Below are positions 23,560-35,923 of a stretch of 64,000 nucleotides of DNA, in pieces. Every line of letters begins with the position of its first letter. Positions within the stretch are counted from its first letter, which is position 1. The notes below the pieces were generated by a model. The model worked only from the letters and a program-made list of their open reading frames with translations. It was not told the DNA's origin and searched no databases. The DNA lies in assembly GCA_963725095.1 (NCBI GenBank), contig CAVRXJ010000025.1, positions 407,949 through 471,948 on the forward strand. Direction: 5' to 3'. The stretch is from an uncultured Acidobacteriota bacterium (GTDB lineage: Bacteria > Acidobacteriota > Thermoanaerobaculia > UBA5066 > Gp7-AA6). A program made the position numbers and the translations under genes.

Positions 23560-24303
23560 CTACGCCGCGGCGGGCGCCGTGGCAAGCACTTCGAGCCAGT
23601 GGCGCGCCGCCTCAAAGCGCGCCTCCGGCGTGACGAGGATTCGGTCCACGCCCGCGGACTCCAGGGCCCGGCGGGTCGCCGCGCCGAGGGCGACGGCCGA
23701 AGTCCCGCGCAGGGCCTTGGCGGCCCCCTCGGAGAGGCCGTCGAACAGCCAGCGAACGGCCGACGGAGACGTGGCGCAGAATGCGGCAAAGGGTCTGCTC
23801 AGGATCTCGCCGTCGAGGTCGATCGGAAGTGGCCTGGCGACCTTCCGATAGACCACGACACGGTCGACGGCGGCGCCCCGGCGCGCAAGCCCCTCGGCCA
23901 GCTCCGCCCCGGCATCGTCGCCGCACGGCAGAAGCACGCGAACCCCGGCAAGGTCCGCCGGGAGACGCTCGAGGACGTCGTCACCGGATCCGCCCGCGAC
24001 CGTACCGGGCTCGATCCCGCGGGCGCGGAGGGCCTCGGCGGTCGCCTGCCCGACCGCCACGACGCGGGCTGCGCCGCGGACGGCCTCCCGGATCCAGGAA
24101 AGACGCTTGTCCTCCGACACACGCTCGGCCGAAATCTGGCTCGTGAAAATCGCGACGTCCGGCCTCGGAACGGTCCTCTCCGCGGGCTCGACGGTCTCGA
24201 TCGAGTGACTGACGCACTCGACGATTTCGACCGGCCCCGAGTCTTCCCCCGTTCGGAACGGATGGGCTCCCGAGCGCACCACCAGAACGCGCGGCCGTGT
24301 CAC
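23560..24303 (-). CDS. hemD: uroporphyrinogen-III synthase
   Basis: This is the C-terminal 248 codons of ORF 23560..25440, from GTG 24303, which overlaps the hemC stop (GTGA). It reads VTRPRVLVVRSG...AIFTSQISAERV...VVAVGQATAEAL...AFCATSPSAVRWL. Its position in the hem operon supports the call. Confidence 0.8.
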   Translation of the reverse strand: MTRPRVLVVRSGAHPFRTGEDSGPVEIVECVSHSIETVEPAERTVPRPDVAIFTSQISAERVSEDKRLSWIREAVRGAARVVAVGQATAEALRARGIEPGTVAGGSGDDVLERLPADLAGVRVLLPCGDDAGAELAEGLARRGAAVDRVVVYRKVARPLPIDLDGEILSRPFAAFCATSPSAVRWLFDGLSEGAAKALRGTSAVALGAATRRALESAGVDRILVTPEARFEAARHWLEVLATAPAAA

Positions 24304-25238
24304 CGCGAGGCGACCGCGAGCAGGTCCGCCGCTCCCCGGCGGAGCAGGCGATCCGCGACCAGACGGCCGAGGTTCTCCGGGTCGGCGATCGCCCCGGAAG
24401 CCCCTTCGCGAAGCGCCCGCGAGCCGTCCGACGCGAACACTCCCCCTTCCAGCGTGATCCGATCGCCCGAGGCGACCGCTCGCCCGGCGACCGGGGCGTG
24501 ACATCCGGCCTCGAGGGCCGTCAGCAGGCTGCGCTCGGCGGCGACTTCGGCGTGAGACGCGGCGTCGTCGATGGAGGAAAGGGCCTCGCGCGTCCTGGCG
24601 TCGTCTGCGCGGGAGAAGATCGCGAGCGCGCCCTGACCCACGGCGGGCAGCACGATGGCCGGCGAAAAGATGTCGGCAATCTCGGCGAGCTTGTCCAGGC
24701 GAGCGAGGCCGGCGCGAGCGAGCACGATCGCGTCCCATTTCCCTTCGGCCAGTCGCCGCAGCCTCGTGTCGACGTTGCCCCGCGCCTCGGAGACGTCCAG
24801 ATCCGGTCGGGCCGCCAGCAGCTGGGCACGGCGCCGAGGGCTCGACGTGCCGACCCTGGACCCCGGAGGCAGCTCGGCGAAGAGGCGCCGCCCGCGCGAC
24901 ACCAGCGCGTCGCTCGGGTCTTCCCGGGCCGGGACGGCGGCCAGCCGCAAACCCCGGGGAACGGAGGCCGGAACGTCCTTCATGCTGTGAACGGCGAGGT
25001 CGATCCGGTTCTCGAGGAGGGCCGCATCGAGCTCGCGCGTGAAGTCCCCCTTCCATTCGATCGGCGAACCGGCGGCCGAGAGCCGGTCGCCGGTCGTGCG
25101 GATCGTGACGATCTCGATCTGTGCCAGGGGCGAGAGCGCCTTCGCCACGAGACCGGCCTGCGCGAGCGAAAGCGGGCTGCCGCGGGCGCCCAGCCGCAAC
25201 TTCATCGAGAAAGGATTCTCGCGCGGGGAGCAGGCCAT
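24300..25238 (-). CDS. hemC: hydroxymethylbilane synthase (porphobilinogen deaminase); the true start may be ATG 25205 (MKLRLGARGS)
   Basis: Intact ORF: KLRLGARGSPLSLAQA...IRTTGD...VHSMKDVP...GTSSPRRRAQL...RGNVDTRLRRL...PAVGQGALA...EAGCHAPVAG. Confidence 0.9.
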   Translation of the reverse strand: MACSPRENPFSMKLRLGARGSPLSLAQAGLVAKALSPLAQIEIVTIRTTGDRLSAAGSPIEWKGDFTRELDAALLENRIDLAVHSMKDVPASVPRGLRLAAVPAREDPSDALVSRGRRLFAELPPGSRVGTSSPRRRAQLLAARPDLDVSEARGNVDTRLRRLAEGKWDAIVLARAGLARLDKLAEIADIFSPAIVLPAVGQGALAIFSRADDARTREALSSIDDAASHAEVAAERSLLTALEAGCHAPVAGRAVASGDRITLEGGVFASDGSRALREGASGAIADPENLGRLVADRLLRRGAADLLAVASR

Positions 25239-25261
25239 GCCGAACGGATGGGTCGCATCGG

Positions 25262-26530
25262 CTAGGCGTCCCGGTCGAGATCGAACAGGTGCCGGATCGC
25301 CTCGGCCCGCTCGAGCTTCCTGCCCGCGTCGGGCTCCGACTTGAGGCGGCGCATCGGCTCGTGGAGGAGCCGGGCCGCGAGGCCGTCGGCGAAGGCGCGC
25401 AGGCGCTCCCGTTCGGCCGCCGGGGCCCGGGCCAGCTCATGGTCGCGAATCTCTTCGATCTTGCGGCGCAGATCGGTCACGGTCGGAACGACGGACAGGT
25501 TCCCGAACCAGGCCAGGAAACCCCGCAGCTCCTCCTCCAGAATGGCCTCGGCCCGCGGGATCTCGCGCGCCCGCCGCCGGCGGTTCTCCTCGGCGGCCTC
25601 CTCCAGATCGTTCACGCCGTGCAAGAAGACGTTGTAGACGTCCGACACCGACGCCTCGATGTCGCGCGGTACGGCGAGGTCCAGAAAGAACATCGGCTTT
25701 CCTCGCCGACGGCGCATGGCGGCTTCGACGTCGTCGCGCCGGACGACGGGGGCGGGGCTCGACGTCGTGCCCACGACGACGTCGGCGGAGGCGAGCTCCG
25801 AGGCCACCGAGTCCCAGGGCACCGCCCGCCCGCCGACCCGCGCCGCGACTTCCGAGGCCCGTTCGGGGGTTCGGTTGGCGATCCTCAGATCCCCGACGCC
25901 CGCCTCCGACGCATGGCGCGCGAAGAGCTGTCCCGTTTCCCCCGCACCGAGCACGAGGATCGTTCGGGACCCGAGATCGCCGAACACTTTCGCCGCGAGC
26001 TCGAAGCCGATCGCGGGAATCGACAGCGGATGCATCCCGATCTCGGTCTCCGCGCGCACCCTCTTGCCCGTCGCCACGGCCCACTCGAAGAACCGGTGGA
26101 GCACGGCGCGCGTCGCCCCGGCTTCCCGCGCCAGACGCAGCGCCTGCCGCACCTGACCCAGCACCTCGCTCTCGCCGACCGACATCGAATCGAGCCCCGA
26201 CGCGACGCGGAAGAGGTGGCGGGCCGCGTCCTCGCCCACCCGGTGGAATCCCGAGCGCGAAAGCTCGATCGGATCCAAGCCGCGCCACTGCGAAACGAAC
26301 TGCGTCAGGGCATCGCCGGCCTCCTCGGCCCCCCCGGCCAGCCCGTAGATCTCGCTCCGGTGACACGTCGAGACGATGACGCCCTCGGAGACGACACCGC
26401 GGCCCACGAGGTCCTGCAGGCCCTCCTGAATCTCCTCCGCCGTGAAGGCGACGCGCTCCCGAATGGCGCTCGCGGCGGTCCGGAAGTTCCAGCCGAGCAC
26501 CAGCAGGCGGGCCTGGCTTCCCGCCGTCAT
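25262..26530 (-). CDS. hemA: glutamyl-tRNA reductase
   Basis: From ATG 26530, which overlaps the upstream stop (ATGA): MTAGSQARLLVLGWNFRTA...VIVSTCHRSEIY...HLFRVASGLDSMSVGESEVLGQV...ILVLGAGETG. The upstream part of ORF 25262..26764 is not hemA-like. Confidence 0.9.
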   Translation of the reverse strand: MTAGSQARLLVLGWNFRTAASAIRERVAFTAEEIQEGLQDLVGRGVVSEGVIVSTCHRSEIYGLAGGAEEAGDALTQFVSQWRGLDPIELSRSGFHRVGEDAARHLFRVASGLDSMSVGESEVLGQVRQALRLAREAGATRAVLHRFFEWAVATGKRVRAETEIGMHPLSIPAIGFELAAKVFGDLGSRTILVLGAGETGQLFARHASEAGVGDLRIANRTPERASEVAARVGGRAVPWDSVASELASADVVVGTTSSPAPVVRRDDVEAAMRRRRGKPMFFLDLAVPRDIEASVSDVYNVFLHGVNDLEEAAEENRRRRAREIPRAEAILEEELRGFLAWFGNLSVVPTVTDLRRKIEEIRDHELARAPAAERERLRAFADGLAARLLHEPMRRLKSEPDAGRKLERAEAIRHLFDLDRDA

Positions 26531-27330
26531 CGGAAGGTGTGCGCCCGCGAGAGGTAGATGTTCACGAAGGTGTACGAAAAGATCACGATTCCAAAACCGA
26601 CGATGGAGAGCAGGGCGACGCGCTGGCCCTTCCAGCCCCGCCGGTCCATCCAGAGGAGAAACCCGTAGAGCAGGAGCGTGAAGAGGGCCCAGACGAGCTT
26701 GGCGTCCCCGATCCCGCTCCACACCTGGTGCGCCCAGGCGGCGCCCAGCACGACCGAGATGCAAAGCGAGTAGAGCCCGATCGACACGGCCGTCCGGTTC
26801 ATGCGGCCGATGACCTCCAGGGCGGGCAGGCGCGCGAACAGCACGCCGGTGCGGGCGCGGCGGATCTGACGGCTCTGGATGAGGTAGAGCAGCGACAGGA
26901 CGAACGACAGCGTGAAAGCCGCGTAGGCGAGGATCGCCAGCGTCACGTGCAGGGCGAACAGCGGCCCCCGGGTCTCCGGGCGCGCCGTCGAAGCCTGGAA
27001 GGGAATGAGGACCCCGATCGCCGAGAAGAGGACGATGAACGGGATCAGGAAGGGCCCGATCGAGCGCTCGCGGTGTCGGATCAGAAGCACCAGGTACGCC
27101 ACGGCGAGCATCCAGCCGAAGAGGGACATGGAGCCGGCGAGCGTCCGGTAGGGAACCGAGCCGAGCTGCCGGGCCCGCGCGTGCAGGTCCGCGAACTGAA
27201 CGGCGAGGCCCACGACGAGCACGAACGGAGCCAGCGCGTAGCTCTTCGGGCGCAAGAGGCTCCCGATCGAAAGAACTTCGGCGCCCACGTACAGCAGGAC
27301 GGCGAGCCAGCCGAGGAAGTGCCAGTCCAT
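26527..27330 (-). CDS. hemX: cytochrome c assembly family membrane protein (HemX/CcsA-like), first gene of the hem operon
   Basis: Intact 267-aa polytopic ORF with LGAAWAHQVWSGIGDAKLVWALFTLLLYG, which is CcsA/HemX-like. Its position next to hemA recalls Bacillus hemAXCDBL. Confidence 0.75.
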   Translation of the reverse strand: MDWHFLGWLAVLLYVGAEVLSIGSLLRPKSYALAPFVLVVGLAVQFADLHARARQLGSVPYRTLAGSMSLFGWMLAVAYLVLLIRHRERSIGPFLIPFIVLFSAIGVLIPFQASTARPETRGPLFALHVTLAILAYAAFTLSFVLSLLYLIQSRQIRRARTGVLFARLPALEVIGRMNRTAVSIGLYSLCISVVLGAAWAHQVWSGIGDAKLVWALFTLLLYGFLLWMDRRGWKGQRVALLSIVGFGIVIFSYTFVNIYLSRAHTFR

Positions 27331-27395
27331 CGCGGGAAGTCAGTCTATCAGGGCCCGGCGTCCGCTCCCCTCGCCGCCAGGGCCTGTTCCCCCCG

Positions 27396-28019
27396 CTATT
27401 GACCGCCGCTCTTGGGCGCCTCGGGCTCCTTCTTGTTGGCCTCGACCTGAACGACGATTTCCACGTCGTCGCCCAGCAGCGCCCCTCCCTGGTCGAGGGT
27501 CCGGTTCCAGACGATTCCGTAGTCCTTGCGGTTGAGCGTCACGCCGACTTCGAACCCCGCCTTCTCGCCCTTGCCCATCTTCGCGAAGCCGTTGCTCTTC
27601 ACACCGATCTCGATCGGCCTGGTGACGCCGTGCATCGTGAGGTTGCCGGTCACCACGAAGGCGTCGCTGCCCTTGGGCTCGACCTTCGAGCTCTTGAAGG
27701 AGATCGTCGGATACTTCTCGACGTCGAAGAAGTCCGCCGAGCGCAGGTGCTTGTCGCGGTCGGCCGTGCCCGTGTCGATCGAAGCGGCCTGGATGGTCAG
27801 CTCGACCTTCGAGGCTGCAGGGTTCTGGCGGTCGATCCAGATCGTCCCGTCGTATTCGCGGAAGCGGCCCTCGACCTTGCTGACCACGTGGCGAATCTTG
27901 AAGCCCACCTGGGAATGGTTCTTGTCGAAAGTGAAAGTCTCCTCCGCGCCCGCAACGGTGCCCGCCGCGGCGAGCGCCAGAAGCAAGCCCCCGATCTGAA
28001 TGGAAGTCCGTGTCGTCAT
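27396..28019 (-). CDS. yceI: YceI family periplasmic polyisoprenoid-binding protein
   Basis: GAGAGGAG RBS before ATG 28019. The protein has a signal peptide, followed by [25 protein letters not shown]...[27 protein letters not shown]...[11 protein letters not shown]. Confidence 0.85.
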   Translation of the reverse strand: MTTRTSIQIGGLLLALAAAGTVAGAEETFTFDKNHSQVGFKIRHVVSKVEGRFREYDGTIWIDRQNPAASKVELTIQAASIDTGTADRDKHLRSADFFDVEKYPTISFKSSKVEPKGSDAFVVTGNLTMHGVTRPIEIGVKSNGFAKMGKGEKAGFEVGVTLNRKDYGIVWNRTLDQGGALLGDDVEIVVQVEANKKEPEAPKSGGQ

Positions 28020-28087
28020 CTCCAACTCCTCTCTCAATCCGTTTGAACAACCATATGCACATCGGTCGGCCGACGATTCGGGTCGGC

Positions 28088-28116
28088 TTGACCTGCCCGG
28101 CGCGGCCCCATAGACT
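28088..28116 (+). promoter_or_regulatory. candidate sigma70-type promoter for acnA (TTGACC-N17-TAGACT)
   Basis: TTGACC at 28088-28093, a 17-nt spacer, then TAGACT at 28111-28116, lying 44 nt upstream of the proposed GTG start. This is pattern match only. Confidence 0.3.
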
Positions 28117-28159
28117 GCCGGCGCCCCATGCTAACGGCGAACGCGCATCGCCTCTTCCC

Positions 28160-31003
28160 GTGTCCGAATTGACGTCCGACCCGCTGGGCACCCGGCGGAC
28201 CTTTCCGCTGCCGGGCGGCGGATCGGGCCAGCTGTTCTCACTACCGGAGCTCGAGAAGAAGGGCTTCGGCCGGGTCTCGCGGCTCCCGGTGAGCCTCCGG
28301 ATCGTTCTGGAGTCCCTGCTCCGCAACCTGGACGGGGTCAAGATCAAGGAAGAGGACGTACGGGCGCTGGCCGGCTGGCAGCCCAGGGCGGAACGAACCG
28401 CGGAGATCCCGTTCGTCGTCGCGCGGATCGTGCTGCAGGACTTCACCGGCGTCCCGCTTCTCGTGGACCTGGCGGCCATGCGCTCCGCCGCGAAGCGCTC
28501 CCGCAAGGACCCCAGGGTCATCGAGCCCCTCGTGCCGGTCGCCCTCGTCGTCGATCACTCCGTCCAGGTCGATCAATGGTCGACTCCGGACGCCCTCCGC
28601 GTGAACATGGAGATCGAGTTCCGGCGCAACCGGGCGCGGTACGAATTCCTGAAATGGGGAATGCAGGCCTTCCACGGCTTCGAAGTGGTGCCGCCGGGGA
28701 TCGGGATCGTGCACCAGGTCAATCTCGAATACCTGGCGCAGGGCATCCTGACGAAGGACGGCGTGACCTACCCGGATTCGCTCGTCGGAACCGATTCCCA
28801 CACGACGATGATCAACGGCCTCGGCGTCGTCGGCTGGGGTGTCGGAGGGATCGAGGCGGAGGCGGGAATGCTCGGCCAGCCGGTCTACTTCCTGACGCCC
28901 GATGTCGTCGGCGTGCACCTGGCCGGCCGGCTCGCCGATGGGGTCACGGCGACGGATCTCGTTCTGGTCGTGACCGAGATGCTGCGCCGCGCCAAGGTCG
29001 TCGGCAAGTTCGTCGAGTTCTTCGGCGAGGGAGCGGCCTCCCTCCCCGTGACCGACCGCGCGACCGTCGCCAACATGGCGCCCGAATACGGCGCCACGAT
29101 GGGGTTCTTCCCCGTGGACGAGAAGTCGTGCGACTACCTGCGGGCGACCGGGCGCAGCGCCGAGCACGTCGAGACCCTCCGGAATTACTACCGCGCGCAA
29201 GGGCTCTTCGGCATCCCGCGGGCCGGCCAATGCGACTACACGCAGGTGCTCGAGCTCGACCTCGACGCCGTTCGGCCGAGTGTCGCGGGGCCGCGCCGGC
29301 CGCAGGACCGGATCGACCTGCCGGACCTCAAGTCCCGGTTCCGGGAACTTCTGCTCCGGCCCGCCACCGAGAACGGGTACGGCAAGGACGCGGCCGCGCT
29401 GTCCCGGCGTTTCCCCGCGACGCTCGGGCGGGTCGCCAGGCGCGGAGGCGGGAGTCAGGCGCCTGCCAGCATTTCCGGCGCGCAGGCCCGAAACACGAAC
29501 GTCTGGACCGAGACCGAGATGGCGAACAACCGCCCGACGCCCGATCGGGCCGACGCCGAGCCCGAGACACCCGTGCAGGTCGACGTCGGCCACGGGGACG
29601 TGCTGATCGCGGCCATCACGTCGTGCACGAACACGTCCAATCCGAGCGTGATGCTCGCCGCCGGCCTGCTCGCGCAGAAGGCCGTCGCGCGCGGGCTCTC
29701 CATCTCGCCGCGGGTGAAGGCCTCGCTGGCGCCCGGCTCCCGCGTGGTCACCGAATACCTGGCGAAGACGGGTCTGCAGGCCTCCCTCGATCGGCTCGGC
29801 TTTCACCTGGTCGGCTACGGCTGCACGACCTGCATCGGCAACTCCGGGCCGCTCGACACGGGCATCGAGCAGGCGGTCACGCAGAACGATCTGGTCACGG
29901 CGGCGGTGCTGTCGGGCAACCGAAATTTCGAGGCCCGAATCCACCAGAACATCAAGGCCAACTTCCTGATGAGCCCGCCGCTGGTGGTGGCTTTCGCGCT
30001 GGCGGGCCGCGCCGACATCGACCTGACCGCCGAGCCGCTCGGGTCACGACCCGAACGGGAATCCCGTCTACCTGCGCGAGATCTGGCCGTCGGCGAAGGA
30101 GGTCGAGCGCGCCCTCCTTTCCTCCGTCGACGCCGCGACGTACCGGCGGCTCTACGACGACCTTGCCGAGGCGAACCCGCTCTGGAAGGAGATCCCGAGC
30201 GCGACTGGGACCGTCTACCGCTGGGACCCCGCGTCCACGTACATCCAGGAGCCGCCCTTCTTCGACGGCTTCGCGATGACGCCGGCCACGGTCGAAGGAA
30301 ATCCGGGACGCCCGCGCCCTCGCGATCTTCGGCGATTCGGTCACGACCGACCACATCAGCCCGGCCGGCGCGATCGCCAAGACCTCTCCCGCGGGCCTGT
30401 ACCTGCAGTCGCTCGGCGTGCCGCCGGAGGACTTCAACAGCTACGGATCGCGCCGCGGCAACGACCGGGTCATGACGCGCGGCACGTTCGCCAACGTCCG
30501 CATCAGGAACCGGATGGTGCCCGGGGTGGAAGGCGGGGTCACGCGGCACCAGCCCTCGGGAGAGACCCTGGCCATCTACGACGCGGCGATGCGGTATCAG
30601 GCCGAAGGCGTGCCCCTGGTCGTGTTCGCGGGCCAGGAATACGGCACCGGAAGCTCGCGGGATTGGGCCGCCAAGGGAACGAGACTGCTCGGCGTGCGGG
30701 CCGTCGTCGCGCAGAGCTACGAACGGATCCACCGATCGAACCTCGTCGGCATGGGTGTCCTCCCGCTCCAGTTTCGCGAAGGGGTCAGCGCCGAAACCCT
30801 CGGCCTGGACGGGACGCGAGACCTTCGGCATCTCGCTCGGCGCCGAGCTGAAGGCTCGGATGGATGCGACGCTCTCGGTCCGCCGCGGCGACGGGCGGAA
30901 GGACGAGGTCCCCCTGCGCGTGCGGATCGACACGCCGATCGAGGTGGACTACTACCGCCACGGAGGGATCCTGCCCTTCGTCCTCCGCCAGCTGATCCGG
31001 TAG
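28160..31003 (+). CDS. acnA: aconitate hydratase A; frame breaks near ~30040, ~30295 and ~30820
   Basis: [18 protein letters not shown]...[26 protein letters not shown]...[10 protein letters not shown]...[12 protein letters not shown]...[11 protein letters not shown] are in ORF 28010... The tail DHISPAG...[17 protein letters not shown]...[12 protein letters not shown]...[20 protein letters not shown] is in ORF 30418... The end [18 protein letters not shown] is in ORF 30755... Confidence 0.9.
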
Positions 31004-31074
31004 AAGCGCCGCGCCGCTCCACGCGGCGAACCCCGGCGTGCCCGGGATCTCCGTCGGCGGTATATTGCCGGAGG

Positions 31075-32140
31075 ATGGACGATCTTTCTCCTCCCTCGGC
31101 GCGCCGCCTGCTCGACGCGGCCTTCGGCCGGCCGGTCGACCGGCCTCCCGTCTGGATGATGCGCCAGGCCGGGAGGTACCTGCCCGAGTACCGGGACGTG
31201 CGGGCGAAGGTGTCGTTCCTCGACCTCTGCCGCTCCGTCGATCTCGCGGCCGAGGTCTCGCTCCAGCCGTTTCGCCGGTTCTCGCCCGACGGCGTGATCT
31301 TTTTCTCCGACATCCTGGTCCCCGTCGAGGCGATGGGGGCGCGGGTCGAGTTCGGCGATGCCGGGCCGCACCTTCCCGAACCGGTCCGCGACGCGCCGGG
31401 GGTCGCGGCCCTCGCCCGCTTCGACCCGGAATCGCGGATCGGCTTCACCGGCGACATCCTCGCGCGCCTGCGCCGCGAGGTGGGCGACCGCGCGGCGGTG
31501 CTCGGGTTCTGCGGGGCACCGTGGACCCTCGCGTCCTACCTCGTCGAGGGCGGCGGATCGAAGAGTTTTTCCGTCATCAAGGAGATGATGGGCCGCGACC
31601 GGGAGACGCTGCGGCGGCTGCTCGCCCTTCTCGCCGACGTCGTCGGCGACGTCCTTTCTTTCCAGATCGCCCGGGGCGCGCAGGCCGTTCAGGTCTTCGA
31701 CACGTGGGCGGGCGAGCTCGGCGACGGAGGACTACCGCGCGTGGGCGCTCCCGGCCGCCGCCCGCGCGATTGCCGGGATCCGGCGACCCGGCCGGCACGC
31801 CGGTGATCCTCTACGTGAACGGGTGCGCCCACCTTCTGGAGTCCATGGCCGACTCGGGAGCGGACGTGCTCTCGATCGACTGGCGCGTCCCGCTCTCGGA
31901 CGCGCGTCGGCGGCTGCCGAAGGCCACGCTGCAGGGGAACCTCGACCCGGGAGCTCTGCTCGGCACTCCGGAGGAAGTCTCGCGCCGGACCCGGGCGATG
32001 ATCGCCGCGACAGGCGGACGACGCCACATCGTCAACCTCGGGCACGGGGTGCTGCCCGGAGCGCGGCTGGAATGCGTCGAGGCCTTCTTCGCGGCCGCCC
32101 GCCAGACGGTCTCCGTTCCCGACGAGGCGGCGGTGCGCAC

Positions 32141-32144
<4 letters not shown>
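31075..32144 (+). CDS. hemE: uroporphyrinogen decarboxylase; frame breaks near ~31730 and ~31790
   Basis: [17 protein letters not shown]...[21 protein letters not shown]...[20 protein letters not shown] is in ORF 30418... The C-terminus [12 protein letters not shown]...LQGNLDP...HIVNLGHGV is in ORF 31038... Confidence 0.9.
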
Positions 32145-33522
<1,378 letters not shown>

Positions 33523-33524
33523 CC

Positions 33525-33577
33525 GAGGCCGCGCGAGAACTCGTTTGGCAGACGGACACGTGTGGTCGCGCGGCCTC
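33525..33577. repeat. perfect 12-bp inverted repeat (GAGGCCGCGCGA / TCGCGCGGCCTC) with a 29-nt spacer in the hemN-hemH intergenic region
   Basis: Read directly from the sequence: 33525-33536 is the exact reverse complement of 33566-33577. Confidence 0.8.
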
Positions 33578-33606
33578 GAAGAGAGTTTCAAAGTTCTATC
33601 GGCTTG

Positions 33607-34593
33607 ATGGCAGAAGAACGAGCGATTCTCTTTCTGCAGCTGGGGGGGCCGGAGAACCTCGACGAGGTCCCGGGTTTTCTTTACCGGCTCTTCTCGGACC
33701 CGGACGTGATTCGGGTTCGGCCGGCCATTCTGCGCAAGGCCATCGCGGCCGCCATCGCTTTCGGGCGGAAGAAGGCCTCGCGCGAGCTCTACCGCTCGAT
33801 CGGCGGCGGGTCGCCGATCCGGCGCCTGACGGAGGACCAGGCGCGCGGTGTCGAGGCTCTGCTCGAAGCGCGCGGCCGGCGCGCCACGATCCGAGCGGCG
33901 ATGAACTGCTCCAAGCCCATGGTCGAGGACGTCGTCCAGGAGCTCGCGGCCAGTGGCGTCCGGCGGTTTCTCTGCCTGCCGCTCTACCCGCAGTACTCCC
34001 TGACGACGACCAAGGGCGCCCTCGAGCGCGCGCGGCACGCGATCGCGCGGGAGGCGCCGGGCGCGTCGGTCACCGAAGTGGGCTCATGGCCGACCCATCC
34101 GCTCTTCGTCGAGGCTCACGCCGAGCAGATCGAGCGCGAGATCGAGCGGTTCCCCGATCCGCGGCCCGAGGCGGTGCACCTGCTCTTCTCGGCGCACTCG
34201 ATCCCGAAAAAGCTCGTCACCAGGGAGGGGGATCCCTACGCCTCGGAGGTCGAGACCTCCGTCCGCGCGATCCAGGAGCGGCTGGGCGGCCGATCGCCCT
34301 TCACGCTCGCCTACCAGTCCAAGCTCGGGCCCGTCGAGTGGCTCGGCCCTCCGACGCTCGGCGTCATCGGCGAGCTCGCGCGCCGCGGGCAGAAGCAGGT
34401 TCTGGTCGTGCCCATCGCCTTCGTCACCGACCACGTCGAGACCCTCTACGAGATCGACCAGCTGTTCGCGGAAGAAGCGCGCAGGGCCGGACTCCCGCAT
34501 TTCCGGCGCACCTCGGGCTTGAACAACCACCCGACGTTCCTCCGGGCCCTCGAAGACATCATCCTGGCGCAGCGCGGGTTCTGGGAGCCGTGA
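33607..34593 (+). CDS. hemH: ferrochelatase
   Basis: Intact ORF (track 33562..34593). The likely start is ATG 33607 (MAEERAILFLQLGGPE...). Also present: PLYPQYSLTTT...LLFSAHSIPK...YQSKLGPVEWLGP...VVPIAFVTDHVETLYEID. Confidence 0.9.
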   Translation: MAEERAILFLQLGGPENLDEVPGFLYRLFSDPDVIRVRPAILRKAIAAAIAFGRKKASRELYRSIGGGSPIRRLTEDQARGVEALLEARGRRATIRAAMNCSKPMVEDVVQELAASGVRRFLCLPLYPQYSLTTTKGALERARHAIAREAPGASVTEVGSWPTHPLFVEAHAEQIEREIERFPDPRPEAVHLLFSAHSIPKKLVTREGDPYASEVETSVRAIQERLGGRSPFTLAYQSKLGPVEWLGPPTLGVIGELARRGQKQVLVVPIAFVTDHVETLYEIDQLFAEEARRAGLPHFRRTSGLNNHPTFLRALEDIILAQRGFWEP

Positions 34594-35923
34594 GCCGAAC
34601 GGTCGTCATCGGCGGAGGGATCTCCGGCCTCGCGCGCGGGTACGCGCTGGCGCCGCAGGGCGTCGACGTCCGGGTTCTCGAGGCTTCGCCGCGGCCGGGC
34701 GGGGTCGTCCGCACGGAAAGGACCGGCGACTACCTCCTGGAGCTCGGGCCCAACACGGTGCGCCCGACGCGGGAGATCTGGGACCTGATCGGCGCTCTCG
34801 GCCTTTCCGAAGCGGCGCTCCTGGCACCGCCCGGCCTCCCGCGCTTCATCGAGTTCGAGGGCCGGCTGCACGCGCTGGCTCCCGGACCTCAGACGCTCCT
34901 GACGACCCGCCTGCTCTCGATCCCGGGCAAACTGCGCCTGCTGCGGGAGCCCTTCGTTCCGGGCGGGGAACGATCCGCGCGAGAGCGTGGCGGACTTCTT
35001 CGGCCGCCGCCTCGGGCGCGAGGTGGCGGAGCGGCTGGTCGCGCCCTTCGTTTCGGGTATCTGGGCGGGAGACGCGCACGCGCTCGCGGCGCGGTCCGCC
35101 TTTCCGATGCTCGTCCGCTGGGAACGCGAGCACGGGAGCCTCCTGCGCGGCGCGTTCGCTTCCCGGCCGCCCCGCGACCCCTCCCGTCCGAGGCTCCCGA
35201 GGGGGCTGCTCTCGTTCCGGGACGGTCTCGAGACGCTTCCACGGGCTCTCGCCGCGAGCCTCGGGCCGCGCCTCTCACTGAACACTCCCGTGCGCCGACT
35301 CAGCCGCCGACGGAGCGCGCTGGCGCGTCGAGACGGAACGGGAGTCGCTCGCGGCCGACCGGGTCGTCGTCGCGACGCCGGCCGCCGAGGCGGCCCGCCT
35401 GCTCGAAGACATCGACCCGCAGGCCGCCCGGGCCCTTTCCGAACTTCCTCAACCGCCGCTCGCCGTGCTCCACCTCGCCTGGCCCGCGACGGCCTTCCCG
35501 TCTCCGCTGTCGGGCTTCGGGCACCTGGTCGTGCCGACTGCCGACCGCCGCATCCTCGGCGCCGTCTGGAGCTCGTGCCTCTTTGCGGGACGCGCACCGC
35601 AGGGCGAGGTGCTGCTCACCGCTTTCGTCGGAGGCTCTCGCGACCCCGCGGCCGCGGCGCTCTCCGACAGCGAGCTGCTGGAGCTCGCCGCCCGGGAGCT
35701 TTCCGCTTCTCTCGGAGCCCGCTCCGCGCCGCGGCTCATCCGCGTGACCCGGTATGCCCGTGCGATTCCCCAGTACGACCTGGACCACGAGTCACGTCTG
35801 GAGGCACTGACGCAGGCCGAGCGCCGCAACCCCGGTCTGACGTTCATCGGGAACTACCGGGGCGGCATCTCCGTCGGAGACGTCGTTCGCAACGGCCTCG
35901 CGGACTCCGAACCCACCTCCTGA
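34590..35923 (+). CDS. hemY: FAD-dependent protoporphyrinogen/coproporphyrinogen oxidase (HemY family); frame breaks near ~34975 and ~35310
   Basis: GTG 34590 overlaps the hemH stop. Dinucleotide fold [16 protein letters not shown] is followed by LLELGPNTV, then [26 protein letters not shown] in ORF 34987... The tail AIPQYDLDH...[17 protein letters not shown] is in ORF 35465... Confidence 0.8.

Noticed and set aside
26531-26764. N-terminal extensions suggested by the ORF track for hemA (to 26764), acnA (from 28010), hemH (from 33562) and yceI (to 28037).
   Set aside because: The extended parts overlap the upstream gene or lack family-like sequence. Internal starts with RBS-like motifs or ATGA/GTGA coupling fit the conserved N-termini better.
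33525-33577. The 12-bp inverted repeat as a rho-independent terminator of hemN.
   Set aside because: The loop is 29 nt long and no T-tract follows the 3' arm on either strand. It is kept only as an unexplained structure.
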